Shown here piece by piece: positions 29,983 to 41,419 of a DNA stretch of 64,000 nucleotides. The notes under the pieces are model-generated. The model searched no databases. It worked only from the letters and a program-made list of their open reading frames with translations, and was not told where the DNA came from. The stretch covers positions 11,515 to 75,514 of the forward strand of contig JASKOM010000006.1 in NCBI GenBank assembly GCA_030152305.1. The letters are read 5' to 3'. Both the position numbers and the translations under genes were made by a program. Origin of the DNA: Campylobacterota bacterium. GTDB taxonomy: Bacteria > Campylobacterota > Campylobacteria > Campylobacterales > Thiovulaceae. Positions within the stretch are counted from its first letter, which is position 1. The number at the start of each line of letters is the position of its first letter.

Positions 29983-31049
29983 GTTAAAACCTCGTTATAA
30001 ACATTAATATATTTTTCAGCCATTTTTTCAGGCGAATAATTTTCGGCTCGAACTTTATTTTCAAGACCAAAATTTTTCACATCATCATTATTATCAATAA
30101 GCTTTAAAATTTTATTTTTTAACATTTCTGGATTTTTTGGTTCGATTAAATAGCCATTTTTATTATTTTCGATTAAATCAGGAATTCCACCAACGGCTGA
30201 AGCAATTATGGGTTTTCCATATCGCATAACATCAAGCAAAGTCGAACCTAATCCTTCATGATTGCTAGGAAAAATAAAAACATTAAATTTATTAATAAAT
30301 CTTTGAGGTTCTTCTCGAAAACCAAAAAAAGAGATATTTGATAAATATCGTGATCGTGCTTGACATAAACTTAAATCAATTCCATCGCCGATAATTATAA
30401 AATATATATCTTTTCTAATTTGTTCTAATAATTTTGCCGTTTCTAAAATCGTGCAAGTGCCTTTATGATTATCAACAATTGCTCCAATATGTCCAACTAT
30501 TTTTTTGCCATTTATTTTTTTAAATTCTTCGATTTCATCGCTATTTAAATCAACTTCATTTTTTAATTCTGACGAATATGCACTTGCGATTTTTATAATA
30601 TTTAAATTATTAAATATTTTTAATAAATCATTTTTAATAATTTCCGAAATCGCGACAACTTTTTTTGCATTTTTATAAATTAAATTATTAAAAAAATTAT
30701 TTGAAGGCAAATTTTGAACTCGTCGAGTAATAACATATGGAATATTATAAATTTTATAGATGAGGTAAGCGAGTTGATAAGCTTTTGCTTCATGTGCATG
30801 AATTAAATCAATATTTAGAAATTTATAAATATTAAAAAAATAAGGTTTAAAAATAGGGACAAAATCTAAATTTTGAACTTCTAATTTTTTAATATAATCT
30901 TTTAGGCTAGTTTCTCCTTTTTTATAAAAAAGAGTCTGTTTATATCCAAGTTTTGAAAGTTCAGCAATTAATAAAGCAGTTTGTCTTTCGCCACCTCGAA
31001 AACCTCTAGCCAAATTTATATGAGCTATATGTTTAATTTTAATGTTCAT
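29979..31049 (-). CDS. glycosyltransferase family 4
   Basis: RGGERQ, IHAH, PSNHEGLGSTLLDVM, VGGIPD. Confidence 0.9.
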   Translation of the reverse strand: MNIKIKHIAHINLARGFRGGERQTALLIAELSKLGYKQTLFYKKGETSLKDYIKKLEVQNLDFVPIFKPYFFNIYKFLNIDLIHAHEAKAYQLAYLIYKIYNIPYVITRRVQNLPSNNFFNNLIYKNAKKVVAISEIIKNDLLKIFNNLNIIKIASAYSSELKNEVDLNSDEIEEFKKINGKKIVGHIGAIVDNHKGTCTILETAKLLEQIRKDIYFIIIGDGIDLSLCQARSRYLSNISFFGFREEPQRFINKFNVFIFPSNHEGLGSTLLDVMRYGKPIIASAVGGIPDLIENNKNGYLIEPKNPEMLKNKILKLIDNNDDVKNFGLENKVRAENYSPEKMAEKYINVYNEVLT

Positions 31050-31090
31050 AATAAATAATTAATCAGATTATCTTTTGGAAATATAAAAAT

Positions 31091-31477
31091 TTATTTATCA
31101 CGACAAATTAAATTAAAAGTTAAATTATGAAAATCTTCTTGGTAACCGCGACCGCCATCTTCGGCATTTTCATTGCCTCGTTTGTAATACCAATTAACAA
31201 CGATTTTTTGACCTTTTTTATGTGCATCTTCGATAATATCAAACATATCAAAAAATAGTTTTGAGCTACTCGAATTAAAATAAACTAATTCAAACTCAAT
31301 TGTTGTTTGTAACGAAGATGAAATAGCGAAATATCTTTCAAGCCAATCGATTACAGGCGAATAAAATTCAAAAGTGTTTTCTGGATACGATTCACCAATA
31401 AATTTAATTATTCTTTTTGAAGCATCAAGTGAAATCTTTGGTGTAAATTTTGTGCCATCGATATATAAATTTTCCAT
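31091..31477 (-). CDS. SiaC family (DUF1987) regulatory phosphoprotein
   Basis: TPKI...GESYPEN...FYSPVIDW...YFNSSSSK...VNWYY. Confidence 0.85.
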   Translation of the reverse strand: MENLYIDGTKFTPKISLDASKRIIKFIGESYPENTFEFYSPVIDWLERYFAISSSLQTTIEFELVYFNSSSSKLFFDMFDIIEDAHKKGQKIVVNWYYKRGNENAEDGGRGYQEDFHNLTFNLICRDK

Positions 31478-31498
31478 TTTTATCCTTTTAATAAATTA

Positions 31499-32683
31499 TT
31501 AACAAACATGAAGCGAAGAAATTGCTTTGTTTAATCGTTCAAAACCAGTTTCGATTTCTTGTTCTGAAATCGTCAAAGGTGGCAGAAGTCTCAAAGTATT
31601 ATTACCAGATTTTAAAGTTAAAACTCGTTCTTTATTAGCTGTTTTAACAATTTGCATTAAATCTATATTTTCACTTAATGGCAAACCTCTCATTAAGCCA
31701 ATGCCAGAAATCGATTTAAAAACATGTGGAAATTCACGAGTTAATTCATCTAATTTATTATTAAAAAACGAAATAGTTTGTGAAAGTCGTCCAGATTTAT
31801 ATTCTTCTTCCAATATTTCAAGAGTTTTTAAACTTGCTCCAGTTGATAATGAATTGCCTCCAAATGTGCTACCGTGATCACCTGCAACAAAAACATCTTT
31901 ATGTTTTGTTAGCATTGCACCAATTGGAACACCACCAGCGAGACCTTTTGCAAGAGTTATAACATCTGGTTCAATTTGATATAAATTAGAAGCTAGAAAT
32001 TCGCCAGTTCGAAAAACACCACTTTGAACCTCATCAACAATTAATAATATATCTCGACTTTTTAATAAATTTACAAGATTTTGAACTTCGTCAATCGATA
32101 AAGCTTGAACACCGCCTTCACCTCGAACAAGTTCGATCATAACGGCAACAGTTTCATCATCAATTGCTGATTCGACATGCGATAAATCTTTAACATAAAC
32201 AAAACCGTCAAGAATTGGTTCGAAACCTTTATGAAAAGATTTTTGTGCGGTTGCCGAAAGTGAGCCATAAGTTCGACCATGAAATGAGTTATCGAGTGTG
32301 ATAATTTTCCACCGTTTTTTATCACCACGAGATCCATATTTTCTAGCTAATTTAATAGCTCCTTCATTTGCTTCAGCTCCTGAATTTGCAAAAAACGAAT
32401 AAATCGGTGTGCTGAAATTTGCCAATTTAGATAATTTTTCAGCTAATAATTCCTGATTTTTAATGTGATACAAATTTGATGTGTGAATTAAATTAGATGC
32501 TTGATCAAAAATGGCTCGAGATAAACCTTTCGAACCGTGTCCAATACTTGAAACTCCGATTCCTGATCCTAAATCGATATAATCTTTTCGATCTTCTGAA
32601 TATAAAGTTGCTCCTTCGCCATAAACAAAAGATTCTTCAAATCTACTGTAATTATTTAATAGATATTCTCCCCGTGTTTTCAT
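31499..32683 (-). CDS. argD: acetylornithine aminotransferase
   Basis: NSGAEANE, SFHGRT, DEVQSG, LAKGLAGG, HGSTFGGN. Confidence 0.92.
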   Translation of the reverse strand: MKTRGEYLLNNYSRFEESFVYGEGATLYSEDRKDYIDLGSGIGVSSIGHGSKGLSRAIFDQASNLIHTSNLYHIKNQELLAEKLSKLANFSTPIYSFFANSGAEANEGAIKLARKYGSRGDKKRWKIITLDNSFHGRTYGSLSATAQKSFHKGFEPILDGFVYVKDLSHVESAIDDETVAVMIELVRGEGGVQALSIDEVQNLVNLLKSRDILLIVDEVQSGVFRTGEFLASNLYQIEPDVITLAKGLAGGVPIGAMLTKHKDVFVAGDHGSTFGGNSLSTGASLKTLEILEEEYKSGRLSQTISFFNNKLDELTREFPHVFKSISGIGLMRGLPLSENIDLMQIVKTANKERVLTLKSGNNTLRLLPPLTISEQEIETGFERLNKAISSLHVC

Positions 32684-32954
32684 AGAGTTTTTAATTTCTC
32701 CTTTCTTATTTTTTTAGACATTAACATTTTACTGATCTATTTTACTTAACAAATTATACATTTCTATATCAATTGTAACTGCGAGTTTTAACTCGGGGGA
32801 GATCTCCCAAAGCTTTCAACATAATATTAAAAGCACCAGTAAAGTGTAGCATACTTACTACTTGTATTTTACCGTTTAATTTTTATTAAGACAAAACTAT
32901 AAAATAATTTGCTTACAATTTTAAACTAATATTTAACAAATAAAAGGATATGTT

Positions 32955-33773
32955 ATGAACATAAAAAAATTAATTTTAAAAGCAAAACGAGGCATTTTTG
33001 GCGATAAACTCGGTAATAATAGTTCTACATTACGAGGTCAAGGTGGAGATTTTATTGAATTACGAGAATATCAAACTGGCGATGATATTAGAAAAATCGA
33101 TTGGAATATCACAGCTAAATTAAATGAACCGTATGTAAAAATTTTCAAAGAAACTCGTGAATTAAATATCGTAACTGTTTCTATTTTAGGCGGTTCGACT
33201 TTTTTTGGAAGTGTGAAATTAAAAAAAGATCTTATTTCTGAAATCGTTGGAATAATAGGTTATTCTGCTGTAAAAAATGGAGATCCTTTTTCTTCGCACA
33301 TTTTTGCTGATTCAGAACATATTTTTCGCAAACCATCAAAATTAAGTTTTGGAATTGAACGAGATGTTAATAAAATCAATGATTTTAATCCAATCGGTAA
33401 AAAAGTTGATGCAAATTTTATTGAACAAAAATTAATTAAAACGATAAAACGAAAAAGTTTGATTTTTATAATTTCTGATTTTTATACACCAATTAACATG
33501 AAATATCTTTCAAAACATAGTGATGTTATTGCAATTATTGTTCGAGATCGTTTGGAAGAAAATCCGCCACAATTTGGCAATATAGTTTTAATTGATAGTT
33601 CAAATGGAGCGAGACAAGAAGGCTTTTTTAATGATTGGACAGATTATTCATCGAAAATAAATGAACACGATTTAAATTTAATGTTTGATTTTAATAAACT
33701 TGGTGTTAGAGCTTTAAAAATTTACACAGATCAAAATCCTATTATTGAGTTAAAAAAAATGTTTTACCGTTAA
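32955..33773 (+). CDS. DUF58 (vWA-associated) protein
   Basis: DFIELREYQTGDDIRKIDWNITA, IISDF. Confidence 0.9.
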   Translation: MNIKKLILKAKRGIFGDKLGNNSSTLRGQGGDFIELREYQTGDDIRKIDWNITAKLNEPYVKIFKETRELNIVTVSILGGSTFFGSVKLKKDLISEIVGIIGYSAVKNGDPFSSHIFADSEHIFRKPSKLSFGIERDVNKINDFNPIGKKVDANFIEQKLIKTIKRKSLIFIISDFYTPINMKYLSKHSDVIAIIVRDRLEENPPQFGNIVLIDSSNGARQEGFFNDWTDYSSKINEHDLNLMFDFNKLGVRALKIYTDQNPIIELKKMFYR

Positions 33774-33938
33774 AAATAATAATTTATGAATTTGTGTATT
33801 TTTGACTCATAATAATTTAAAATGTGAAAATTAGAAAATAGATATATAAATTCGTTATATATTGTTTATATTCTAAACAGTTTTGAACTCTCTTTCTGTT
33901 AATATTTTTTAAATTTTAAATATATTGACAGGGACAAA

Positions 33939-36488
33939 ATGAGTTTCTTAGAAAAATATAATCAACATGTGAAAGAACGAGAAGCTTTAGGAGTTCCTCC
34001 ACTTTCTCTAACAAAAGAACAAACAGCTGAAGTTGTTTCGTTAATTAAAAATAATGATGAAAATAGTAATTTTTATGCTGACCTCATCATTAATAGAGTT
34101 TTTCCGGGGGTCGATGATTCGGCTTATGTAAAAGCTGATTTTTTAAATGCAATTGTTACAGGTGATATAAATATCACAGCAATTTCACCAGTTAAAGCAG
34201 TTGAAGCTCTTGGAAAAATGCTTGGTGGATTTAATATTAATCCATTAATTAATGCTTTAAAAATCGGTGGCGAAATCGCTGAAGCATCTGTAAAAGAATT
34301 AAGCAACACTCTTTTAGTATATGATTCATTTAATGATATCGTTGAATTAAATAATTCTGGAAATATTTATGCGACTAAAATTTTAAATTCATGGGCAAAT
34401 GCTGAATGGTTTTTGAATAAACCAAAATTAGCTGAAAAAATAGATTTAATCGTTTTTAAAGTTGCAGGTGAGACAAATACTGATGATCTTTCTCCAGCAA
34501 GTGAAGCTTTCACTCGAAGTGATATTCCACTTCATGCTAATTCGATGTTACGATCAAAAATGGAAAAACCGCTCGATAAAATTGCTGAATTAAAAAAATC
34601 AGGTTATGGAGTTGCTTTCGTTGGCGATGTTGTTGGAACAGGTTCAAGCCGAAAATCAGGAATTAACTCTGTTCAATGGCATATTGGCGACGACATCGAA
34701 GGAGTTCCAAATAAACGAAGTGGCGGTTATGTTCTTGGTGGAATTATCGCTCCGATATTTTTTGCAACAGCCGAAGATAGCGGTGCTTTACCAATTGAAC
34801 TTGATGTCTCAAAAATGGAAACAGGCGATTTAATCACAATTTATCCATACGAAGGACGAGCTGAAAAAAATGGCGAAACAATCGCTACTTTTAAATTAAA
34901 TCCAAATACGATTGTTGATGAATTCAGAGCTGGTGGTCGAATTCCGCTTATTATTGGTCGAGGTTTAACTAAAAAAGCTAGAGACTTTTTAAATATGGGC
35001 GAAGATTCAATTTTTGAAAGAGCTGAACAACCTGTTGATACTGGCAAAGGTTACACACTTGCTCAAAAAATGGTTGGTAAAGCTTGTGGTGTTGAAGGTG
35101 TTCGGGCTGGAATGTATGTTGAACCTGTTACTTTAACTGTTGGTTCTCAAGATACAACTGGAGCAATGACTCGAGATGAGGTAAAAGAATTATCAGCTTT
35201 AGGTTTTTCAGCTGATCTTGTTATGCAATCTTTCTGTCATACTGCGGCTTATCCAAAACCAGCTGATATTAAATTACATAATTCACTTCCTGAATTTATT
35301 GAAAAACGAGGCGGAGTTTCATTACGACCTGGTGATGGAGTTGTTCATTCATGGTTAAATCGAATGGTTCTTCCTGATTCAGTCGGAACTGGTGGAGATT
35401 CGCATACTCGATTCCCGATCGGTATATCTTTCCCAGGTGGATCAGGTTTAGTTGCTTTTGCAGCTGTAACAGGATCAATGCCGTTAAATATGCCTGAATC
35501 TGTTCTTGTTCGATTCAAAGGCGAAATTCAACAAGGTGTTACTTTGCGAGATCTAGTAAATGCGATTCCATATGTTGCAATTAAAAAAGGCTTATTAACA
35601 GTTGCGAAAAAAGGCAAAAAAAATATTTTTGCAGGTCGAATTCTTGAAATCGAAGGTCTTCCAAATTTAAAAGTTGAACAAGCTTTTGAATTAACAGATG
35701 CTTCAGCTGAACGAAGTGCCGCAGCATGTACAGTTCGATTAAATCCTGAACCAGTTATCGAATATGTAAATTCTAATATTAAATTATTAGAAGCGATGAT
35801 AAAAGACGGTTACGGCGATGAACGAACTATTCAACGACGAGTCGATAAATTTAAAGAATGGTTGAAAAATCCAGTTCTTTTACAACATGACGAAAATGCA
35901 GAATATGCTGAAATTATCGAAATTGATCTTAATGAAATCAAAGAGCCAATCGTTGCTTGTCCAAATGATCCTGATGATGTTGCGACATTGTCAGAAGTTC
36001 TAAATGATCCAAAACGACCGAAAAAAATCGATGAGGTTTTCGTTGGTTCATGTATGACAAATATTGGACATTATCGAGCTTTAGGTGAAGTTTTATCAGG
36101 AAATGGTCAAGCTCCAGTTCGATTATGGATTGTTCCACCAACACGAATGGATGAAAAACAGCTTAAAAACGAAGGTTATTATTCGATATTTGGCGAAGCA
36201 GGAGCTAGAACTGAAGTTCCAGGTTGTTCGCTATGTATGGGTAATCAGGCTCAAGTTGCTGAAAAAGCGGTTGTTTTCTCAACATCGACAAGAAATTTCG
36301 ATAACCGAATGGGTAAAAATTCTCAAGTTTATTTAGGTTCAGCAGAACTTGCCGCTGTTTGTGCATTACTTGGACGAATTCCAACTCTTGAAGAATATAT
36401 GAAAATCGTTCCACAAAAAATATCTGGTAAAGCTAATAAAATTTACAAATATTTAAACTTCCACGAAATTAAAAATTACAAACTTTAA
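33939..36488 (+). CDS. acnB: aconitate hydratase B
   Basis: [47 protein letters not shown]. Confidence 0.97.
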   Translation: MSFLEKYNQHVKEREALGVPPLSLTKEQTAEVVSLIKNNDENSNFYADLIINRVFPGVDDSAYVKADFLNAIVTGDINITAISPVKAVEALGKMLGGFNINPLINALKIGGEIAEASVKELSNTLLVYDSFNDIVELNNSGNIYATKILNSWANAEWFLNKPKLAEKIDLIVFKVAGETNTDDLSPASEAFTRSDIPLHANSMLRSKMEKPLDKIAELKKSGYGVAFVGDVVGTGSSRKSGINSVQWHIGDDIEGVPNKRSGGYVLGGIIAPIFFATAEDSGALPIELDVSKMETGDLITIYPYEGRAEKNGETIATFKLNPNTIVDEFRAGGRIPLIIGRGLTKKARDFLNMGEDSIFERAEQPVDTGKGYTLAQKMVGKACGVEGVRAGMYVEPVTLTVGSQDTTGAMTRDEVKELSALGFSADLVMQSFCHTAAYPKPADIKLHNSLPEFIEKRGGVSLRPGDGVVHSWLNRMVLPDSVGTGGDSHTRFPIGISFPGGSGLVAFAAVTGSMPLNMPESVLVRFKGEIQQGVTLRDLVNAIPYVAIKKGLLTVAKKGKKNIFAGRILEIEGLPNLKVEQAFELTDASAERSAAACTVRLNPEPVIEYVNSNIKLLEAMIKDGYGDERTIQRRVDKFKEWLKNPVLLQHDENAEYAEIIEIDLNEIKEPIVACPNDPDDVATLSEVLNDPKRPKKIDEVFVGSCMTNIGHYRALGEVLSGNGQAPVRLWIVPPTRMDEKQLKNEGYYSIFGEAGARTEVPGCSLCMGNQAQVAEKAVVFSTSTRNFDNRMGKNSQVYLGSAELAAVCALLGRIPTLEEYMKIVPQKISGKANKIYKYLNFHEIKNYKL

Positions 36489-36508
36489 TTAATCTACCTC
36501 ATCAATTA

Positions 36509-36543
36509 TCAAAACGGTCAAATAAATATTTTGGCTGTTTTGA
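36509..36543. terminator. hairpin between convergent acnB and comEC
   Basis: TCAAAACGGTCAAA ... TTTGGCTGTTTTGA stem with G-U pairs; an ACCTCATC copy lies just upstream at 36496. Confidence 0.55.
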
Positions 36544-36559
36544 CATATTAAAATTAATT

Positions 36560-37855
36560 TTATGTTTTTTTATTTTTTATTTCGCTCCAAATTGCCAAAA
36601 TTATTGATAATAAAATAAATATTATTGTTTCGATATTTGAAAAATAAAATTGATAATGTCCCCAAAAATTTAAAGATAAAAAATTTATTAATATCTCATC
36701 AAAAATATCGCCGATTCCTAATAAATGAACGATAACCATTATTGGATAAATAAATTCAAATAAAATTGTCCAAATTGGTGATAATAATTGCATAATATAA
36801 AAATCGTTAAAAAATAGATGAATTATTGGAATCATTGCAAAAAATACAAAAAAATTAATTACTATTAAATCGATAATTATTCCAAATTTAAATAAAGACA
36901 TATATAATAAAATATAAAAAACTCCAGCAACTGAAAACCAAAAACTAACTGAAAAAAATAATCTCGGATCAAAAGCAATTAAAATAATAATTGTGATTAA
37001 CAAAGTGTCAAATTTTCCTCGAGAAACATTTCTGTCAAATAATACAAAACCTATTATAAACATAAATATTGATCTTAAAAATGGTGGAGGCGACTGCAAA
37101 AATAAATTATAAATTAATGCAATAACGATTCCAACGATTAAACTATCTTTTATTCGATTTCGATACGGAAAAAATTTACCGTGAAAAAACATATAAATAA
37201 TATAAAAAAGAAATGTCGAAAATATAACAACAAGCGAAACATGAAAACCACTTAATACGGCAAGATGATTTATTCCCAAACGAGTTAAATCATTTCGTAA
37301 TTCGCCTCTAATTGGTGTTGCAAAAAGTAAAGCCGAATATAAATCAGCTATTTTTTTATTAGCATGTATTTCGTTTAGTTTATTCGATAATTCGAATCTC
37401 ATTTCACGATCGCAATTATCGATAATAGAAAGTGCTGATAAAATTAAATATGAACCTTTTAGAAAATTAATAAAGTTAAATTTTTCTGGAATAATAATTT
37501 CAGCTTGAACACGAAGTCCAAGTAAATTTTTATATTTATATCTTGATGAGGTATAAAAAAAGAACCCGTTATCAGCTTGAAGTTTAAAAATTGTATTTGG
37601 TGTTTTTTGATATTGATCAATTATTATAAAATCGCCTTTATAAGTTGAAAATCTTGAAAATTCTAAATATTGAAAATAATTTATTATTATCGAAATTAAA
37701 AATATAAAAAAAACAGTTCCAAGAAATATTAAATATTCTTGAACTGTGTAAAAAAGTCTTAATGTAAAGTTTTGATTAATCTCTCGTTTTGAGATCTCTT
37801 TTTTAATTTGCCTCCACTCGATTTCTGCCTCCTCGTTTCGCACGATAAAGAGCAT
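36560..37855 (-). CDS. comEC: ComEC/Rec2 competence membrane channel (start uncertain)
   Basis: LGINHLAVLSGFHV, PPFLRS, SVSFWFSVAGV competence-domain motifs. Confidence 0.9.
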   Translation of the reverse strand: MLFIVRNEEAEIEWRQIKKEISKREINQNFTLRLFYTVQEYLIFLGTVFFIFLISIIINYFQYLEFSRFSTYKGDFIIIDQYQKTPNTIFKLQADNGFFFYTSSRYKYKNLLGLRVQAEIIIPEKFNFINFLKGSYLILSALSIIDNCDREMRFELSNKLNEIHANKKIADLYSALLFATPIRGELRNDLTRLGINHLAVLSGFHVSLVVIFSTFLFYIIYMFFHGKFFPYRNRIKDSLIVGIVIALIYNLFLQSPPPFLRSIFMFIIGFVLFDRNVSRGKFDTLLITIIILIAFDPRLFFSVSFWFSVAGVFYILLYMSLFKFGIIIDLIVINFFVFFAMIPIIHLFFNDFYIMQLLSPIWTILFEFIYPIMVIVHLLGIGDIFDEILINFLSLNFWGHYQFYFSNIETIIFILLSIILAIWSEIKNKKT

Positions 37856-40511
37856 CGTCGCATCGTTTTATTAATGTTGAAACAGAATCATTTTTCATAA
37901 CTTCAGTAACTCCGCAACTTATAGAAATATTTTTTACTACTGGAAAATCAGATTCTTCAACGGTTGTTCGAAGTTTTTCAGCAAGTTGCATTGATTGAGT
38001 TAATCGTGTGTGAGTTGTTAAAACAACAAATTCTTCACCGCCCCATCTTGCAAAAATATCACTTTCTCGAATTAATGATTTAACTATGGCTGAAAGAGTT
38101 ATTAATGTTGTATCGCCAACAAGATGTCCATAAGTATCATTAACTTTTTTAAAATGATCAATATCAAAAATAATAACAGAAAAATGTTCATCATATCTAT
38201 GAAAATTAGAAATATGATGTTGAAGCATGTCATTAAAATATGATTTATTATAACTATCAGTTAAAATATCGTGAGTAGCTTGATATTTATAATGAACTTT
38301 ATCTTGAAATAAGCCTGTAATATTTGTAAAAGATATAACATAAGATATTGAATAATTATCATGAATAAAACTCACATCAATATTAAATACCTCATCGATA
38401 TTTTTAAAATTGTTTCTCATTTTTACTATTACATCACGATCATGATTATCAGCAATTAATTTATGAATACAATCTTTTGTATCAAGATCTTCTGATGGAG
38501 ACAATAAATCATTTCCATTAATAAATAATTTAGCAATCGATGAAACATTTTTATTAAATTCAATGACATTTTCATAGCCAACAAATTCTAAAAATTTGCG
38601 ATTCGCCATTGTTACTTCTCGTTTTTTTATCATAACAATCATGCTTGATTGAGCATCAAAAATAGTTTTAACAGCTCTAGAAAGTTCTTCGAATTTAACT
38701 TGAGTTGTAATATCATAAGAAATATCTGTAAAACCTATTATTTCACCATTTTTATAATCAGGTGAAACACTTTTTTTAAGCCAGAATTCAGTGCCATCTT
38801 TTGCAATGTTTTTCACAACACCTTGAAATTCTCGACCATGAAAAATTGTTTGCCATAAATTTTCATAAAAAGAGATATCTGTATCTTTAGATCTAACAAT
38901 ATTATGTTTACTTCCGATTAATTCATGTTTAGAAAAACCAGAAATCGTAACAAATTTATGACTTGCGAAATTAATTAAACCGTTAAGATCTGTTTTTGAA
39001 ACAATTACATTATTATCAATAACTTTTAATAAATTTTCTATTTCAAGTTGATACTGTTTTTCTTTTGTGATATCACTAAAAATAATATATAAAATCTTTT
39101 CATCGCCGTCGATATCAAGTTTTGATTTTCCTTCAATAGTAATTTGTTCATTATTTTTATTAACTAAACAATTAAATTTTCTTGATTCTTGACTATTATT
39201 TATAATCGAAACAAATTCTTTTAAAGCTCGAAAATTGCCTCTTGCAAACTTTTTAATAATCCATTTAAAATCATTAATAGGTTCATCGATAACTTTTTCG
39301 GTAATTCCAAATATTTCTCGTGCTTGACTATTCATTGAAACAGTCTTTGTATTTAAATTATAAATAATAATTGCTAGATTGCTAATTTCTTCTAATTTTT
39401 CAAAAGTGCTGTTTTTGATTTTTAATTTATTTTCTTGTTTTACAGCGATATTAAGCTTATTAATTAAAAATAAAATTATTAACATGCTTATAAATATTAA
39501 ACTTATAGCAAAAGTAATTCGTTCATAATAAATCGATTCTCTGATATTAAAAACATCTTCTTGTTTAAAAAAAACCATGTAACCTAAATTATTTTTTTCT
39601 AAATCTTTTAATGGAAAAAACGATAAAAAATATTTATCATCTAAATAATGCATTAATTTATAAAAAGATTGATTTTGTTCTAAATCATCTTGAAAAATAT
39701 TATCTTTTGATAATTGATCTGTAATGTTTAAAAAACAATTTTTTATTGTTAAATGTTCGTTATTATTAATAATATTTATTTCATCTTTAAAATGATAAAA
39801 ATTTTTACTTAAAAATGCATTTTCAACTTTTGCAGAACCAAAAACTTTATCTCGAAAAATAAAATAAACATGTCCGTCTAAACTTTTTTCAACATTTTCT
39901 CTAATTTGTTTAAAACTAACACATATTTCAACAGAACCAACAAGTTGATTATTTTGATTAATAATTGGATAAACAGATCTTAATCCTGTTTCTATGGCAC
40001 GAATAATTTTTTTATTTTTTTGAACTTCGATTACTGTTTTTCTAAATTTAGATAAATCATCTCCGTAAGAATCTTTTTTATGCATTCTTAAAAAAGAGGT
40101 TGCATTTGGCAAATGAAAATTAATTCTTTCGATAAAACCTTGTGTTTTTAAATTTTCAAAATAAGGATTTATATAATTAAATAATTCGTTACGAATGTTT
40201 TGTAGCTCTTCATGATTATTAATATTAACAAATGCATTTGTCATTATATTAATTACTTTTTCATTTCCAACGAGAGTCTGAAACAAAATATCAGCTTTTT
40301 TATGATATTCACCAAAAGTTAAAGATAATGTTTCTGTTCTGTTTGAATGTAAAGTATCTTCAGTTAAAAATATAATTTCGCTGTGTTCGGTTGCTATATA
40401 TTTAGTTGTAAAATACATTAATATAATTGATAAAATTACATAAATTAAATTATAAGTTATTTTCATATTTTTTATTATAAACCTTAATAATAAGTTGTTT
40501 AATTCTAACAT
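37803..40511 (-). CDS. diguanylate cyclase with periplasmic Cache-like and PAS domains
   Basis: Two TM helices, SFLRMHK, PAS (SKTDLNG...HNIVR...FWL), FDIDHFK, RWGGEEF. Confidence 0.92.
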   Translation of the reverse strand: MLELNNLLLRFIIKNMKITYNLIYVILSIILMYFTTKYIATEHSEIIFLTEDTLHSNRTETLSLTFGEYHKKADILFQTLVGNEKVINIMTNAFVNINNHEELQNIRNELFNYINPYFENLKTQGFIERINFHLPNATSFLRMHKKDSYGDDLSKFRKTVIEVQKNKKIIRAIETGLRSVYPIINQNNQLVGSVEICVSFKQIRENVEKSLDGHVYFIFRDKVFGSAKVENAFLSKNFYHFKDEINIINNNEHLTIKNCFLNITDQLSKDNIFQDDLEQNQSFYKLMHYLDDKYFLSFFPLKDLEKNNLGYMVFFKQEDVFNIRESIYYERITFAISLIFISMLIILFLINKLNIAVKQENKLKIKNSTFEKLEEISNLAIIIYNLNTKTVSMNSQAREIFGITEKVIDEPINDFKWIIKKFARGNFRALKEFVSIINNSQESRKFNCLVNKNNEQITIEGKSKLDIDGDEKILYIIFSDITKEKQYQLEIENLLKVIDNNVIVSKTDLNGLINFASHKFVTISGFSKHELIGSKHNIVRSKDTDISFYENLWQTIFHGREFQGVVKNIAKDGTEFWLKKSVSPDYKNGEIIGFTDISYDITTQVKFEELSRAVKTIFDAQSSMIVMIKKREVTMANRKFLEFVGYENVIEFNKNVSSIAKLFINGNDLLSPSEDLDTKDCIHKLIADNHDRDVIVKMRNNFKNIDEVFNIDVSFIHDNYSISYVISFTNITGLFQDKVHYKYQATHDILTDSYNKSYFNDMLQHHISNFHRYDEHFSVIIFDIDHFKKVNDTYGHLVGDTTLITLSAIVKSLIRESDIFARWGGEEFVVLTTHTRLTQSMQLAEKLRTTVEESDFPVVKNISISCGVTEVMKNDSVSTLIKRCDDALYRAKRGGRNRVEAN

Positions 40512-40537
40512 AATTATTTCCTTAAAATTTAAAATTA

Positions 40538-40960
40538 TTAAATATTGTTTTTAGATTTAAATAACATAACAGCTATTTCATCAAGTTCTTTAGCTTCAGC
40601 TTTTTGAAGTTCTATTCTATAAGCTTCAAGAACTTCGGATTCAAGATATTTAAACTTTTCTATTTCACGATTTGCTTCAATCATTTTTTTATGGATATTT
40701 CCAATTTTATCTGACAAATTTAATTTCTTATGCTTTAAATCTTCTATTTCATTTTTCATGTTATGCATTGCAATATTATATTGCTGAAGAATAGAAAAAA
40801 CACCTGATATTGGATATTCAATTTTTATGATTTCAGCCTCTTTTTGAATAATCATTTCGTTAGTTTTTTCGATTTCAGCTTTTATAGAACCTAATTCTCG
40901 CTCAAGAGTTTGAAGTTTATTTTTTGCAATTTTTACTAAATCACTAAATTGTGTTTTCAT
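40538..40960 (-). CDS. fliJ: flagellar export protein FliJ-like
   Basis: Coiled coil ending EIEKFKYLE...EAKELDEIA. Confidence 0.7.
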   Translation of the reverse strand: MKTQFSDLVKIAKNKLQTLERELGSIKAEIEKTNEMIIQKEAEIIKIEYPISGVFSILQQYNIAMHNMKNEIEDLKHKKLNLSDKIGNIHKKMIEANREIEKFKYLESEVLEAYRIELQKAEAKELDEIAVMLFKSKNNI

Positions 40961-40963
40961 GAA

Positions 40964-41419
40964 TTATATTTGATTTTCGTTGGATGACCAGAAAAAAGTG
41001 ATCCAATTTGAAGTTTTTCTTATCCAAAAATCAGGTTCAAAACTTGATTTTTCACTTAAAAAAATAGTTGCTGAATAAATTTTAATTTCTGGATATTCTC
41101 GAGAAAATATTTTTGATATTTCCGAGAAAGTTCTTCCACTATCAGAAATATCATCAACGATTAAAATCTTGTTATTTTTTATATGAGACAAATCTGGTAA
41201 ACTAGAAATCGTAATCGTGTCTAATTTTTGATCACCAAAATATGAAAAAGCTCTAACAGTGTAAAGCTCTCGAATATTTAATTTTTCTGATAAAAAATGG
41301 GCAAAAGTTATTCCGCCTCTTGCTATTCCAACGATTGCTTTGAAATCTTTTGGCAATCGTTCAGATAATAAATTTATATCTTTCGCGAAATTTTCATAAC
41401 TATAAAATTCTTTTGTCAT
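40964..41419 (-). CDS. phosphoribosyltransferase (xanthine/hypoxanthine PRT-like)
   Basis: GIARGG, ILIVDDISDSGRT PRPP loop, WITFFW. Confidence 0.88.
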   Translation of the reverse strand: MTKEFYSYENFAKDINLLSERLPKDFKAIVGIARGGITFAHFLSEKLNIRELYTVRAFSYFGDQKLDTITISSLPDLSHIKNNKILIVDDISDSGRTFSEISKIFSREYPEIKIYSATIFLSEKSSFEPDFWIRKTSNWITFFWSSNENQI

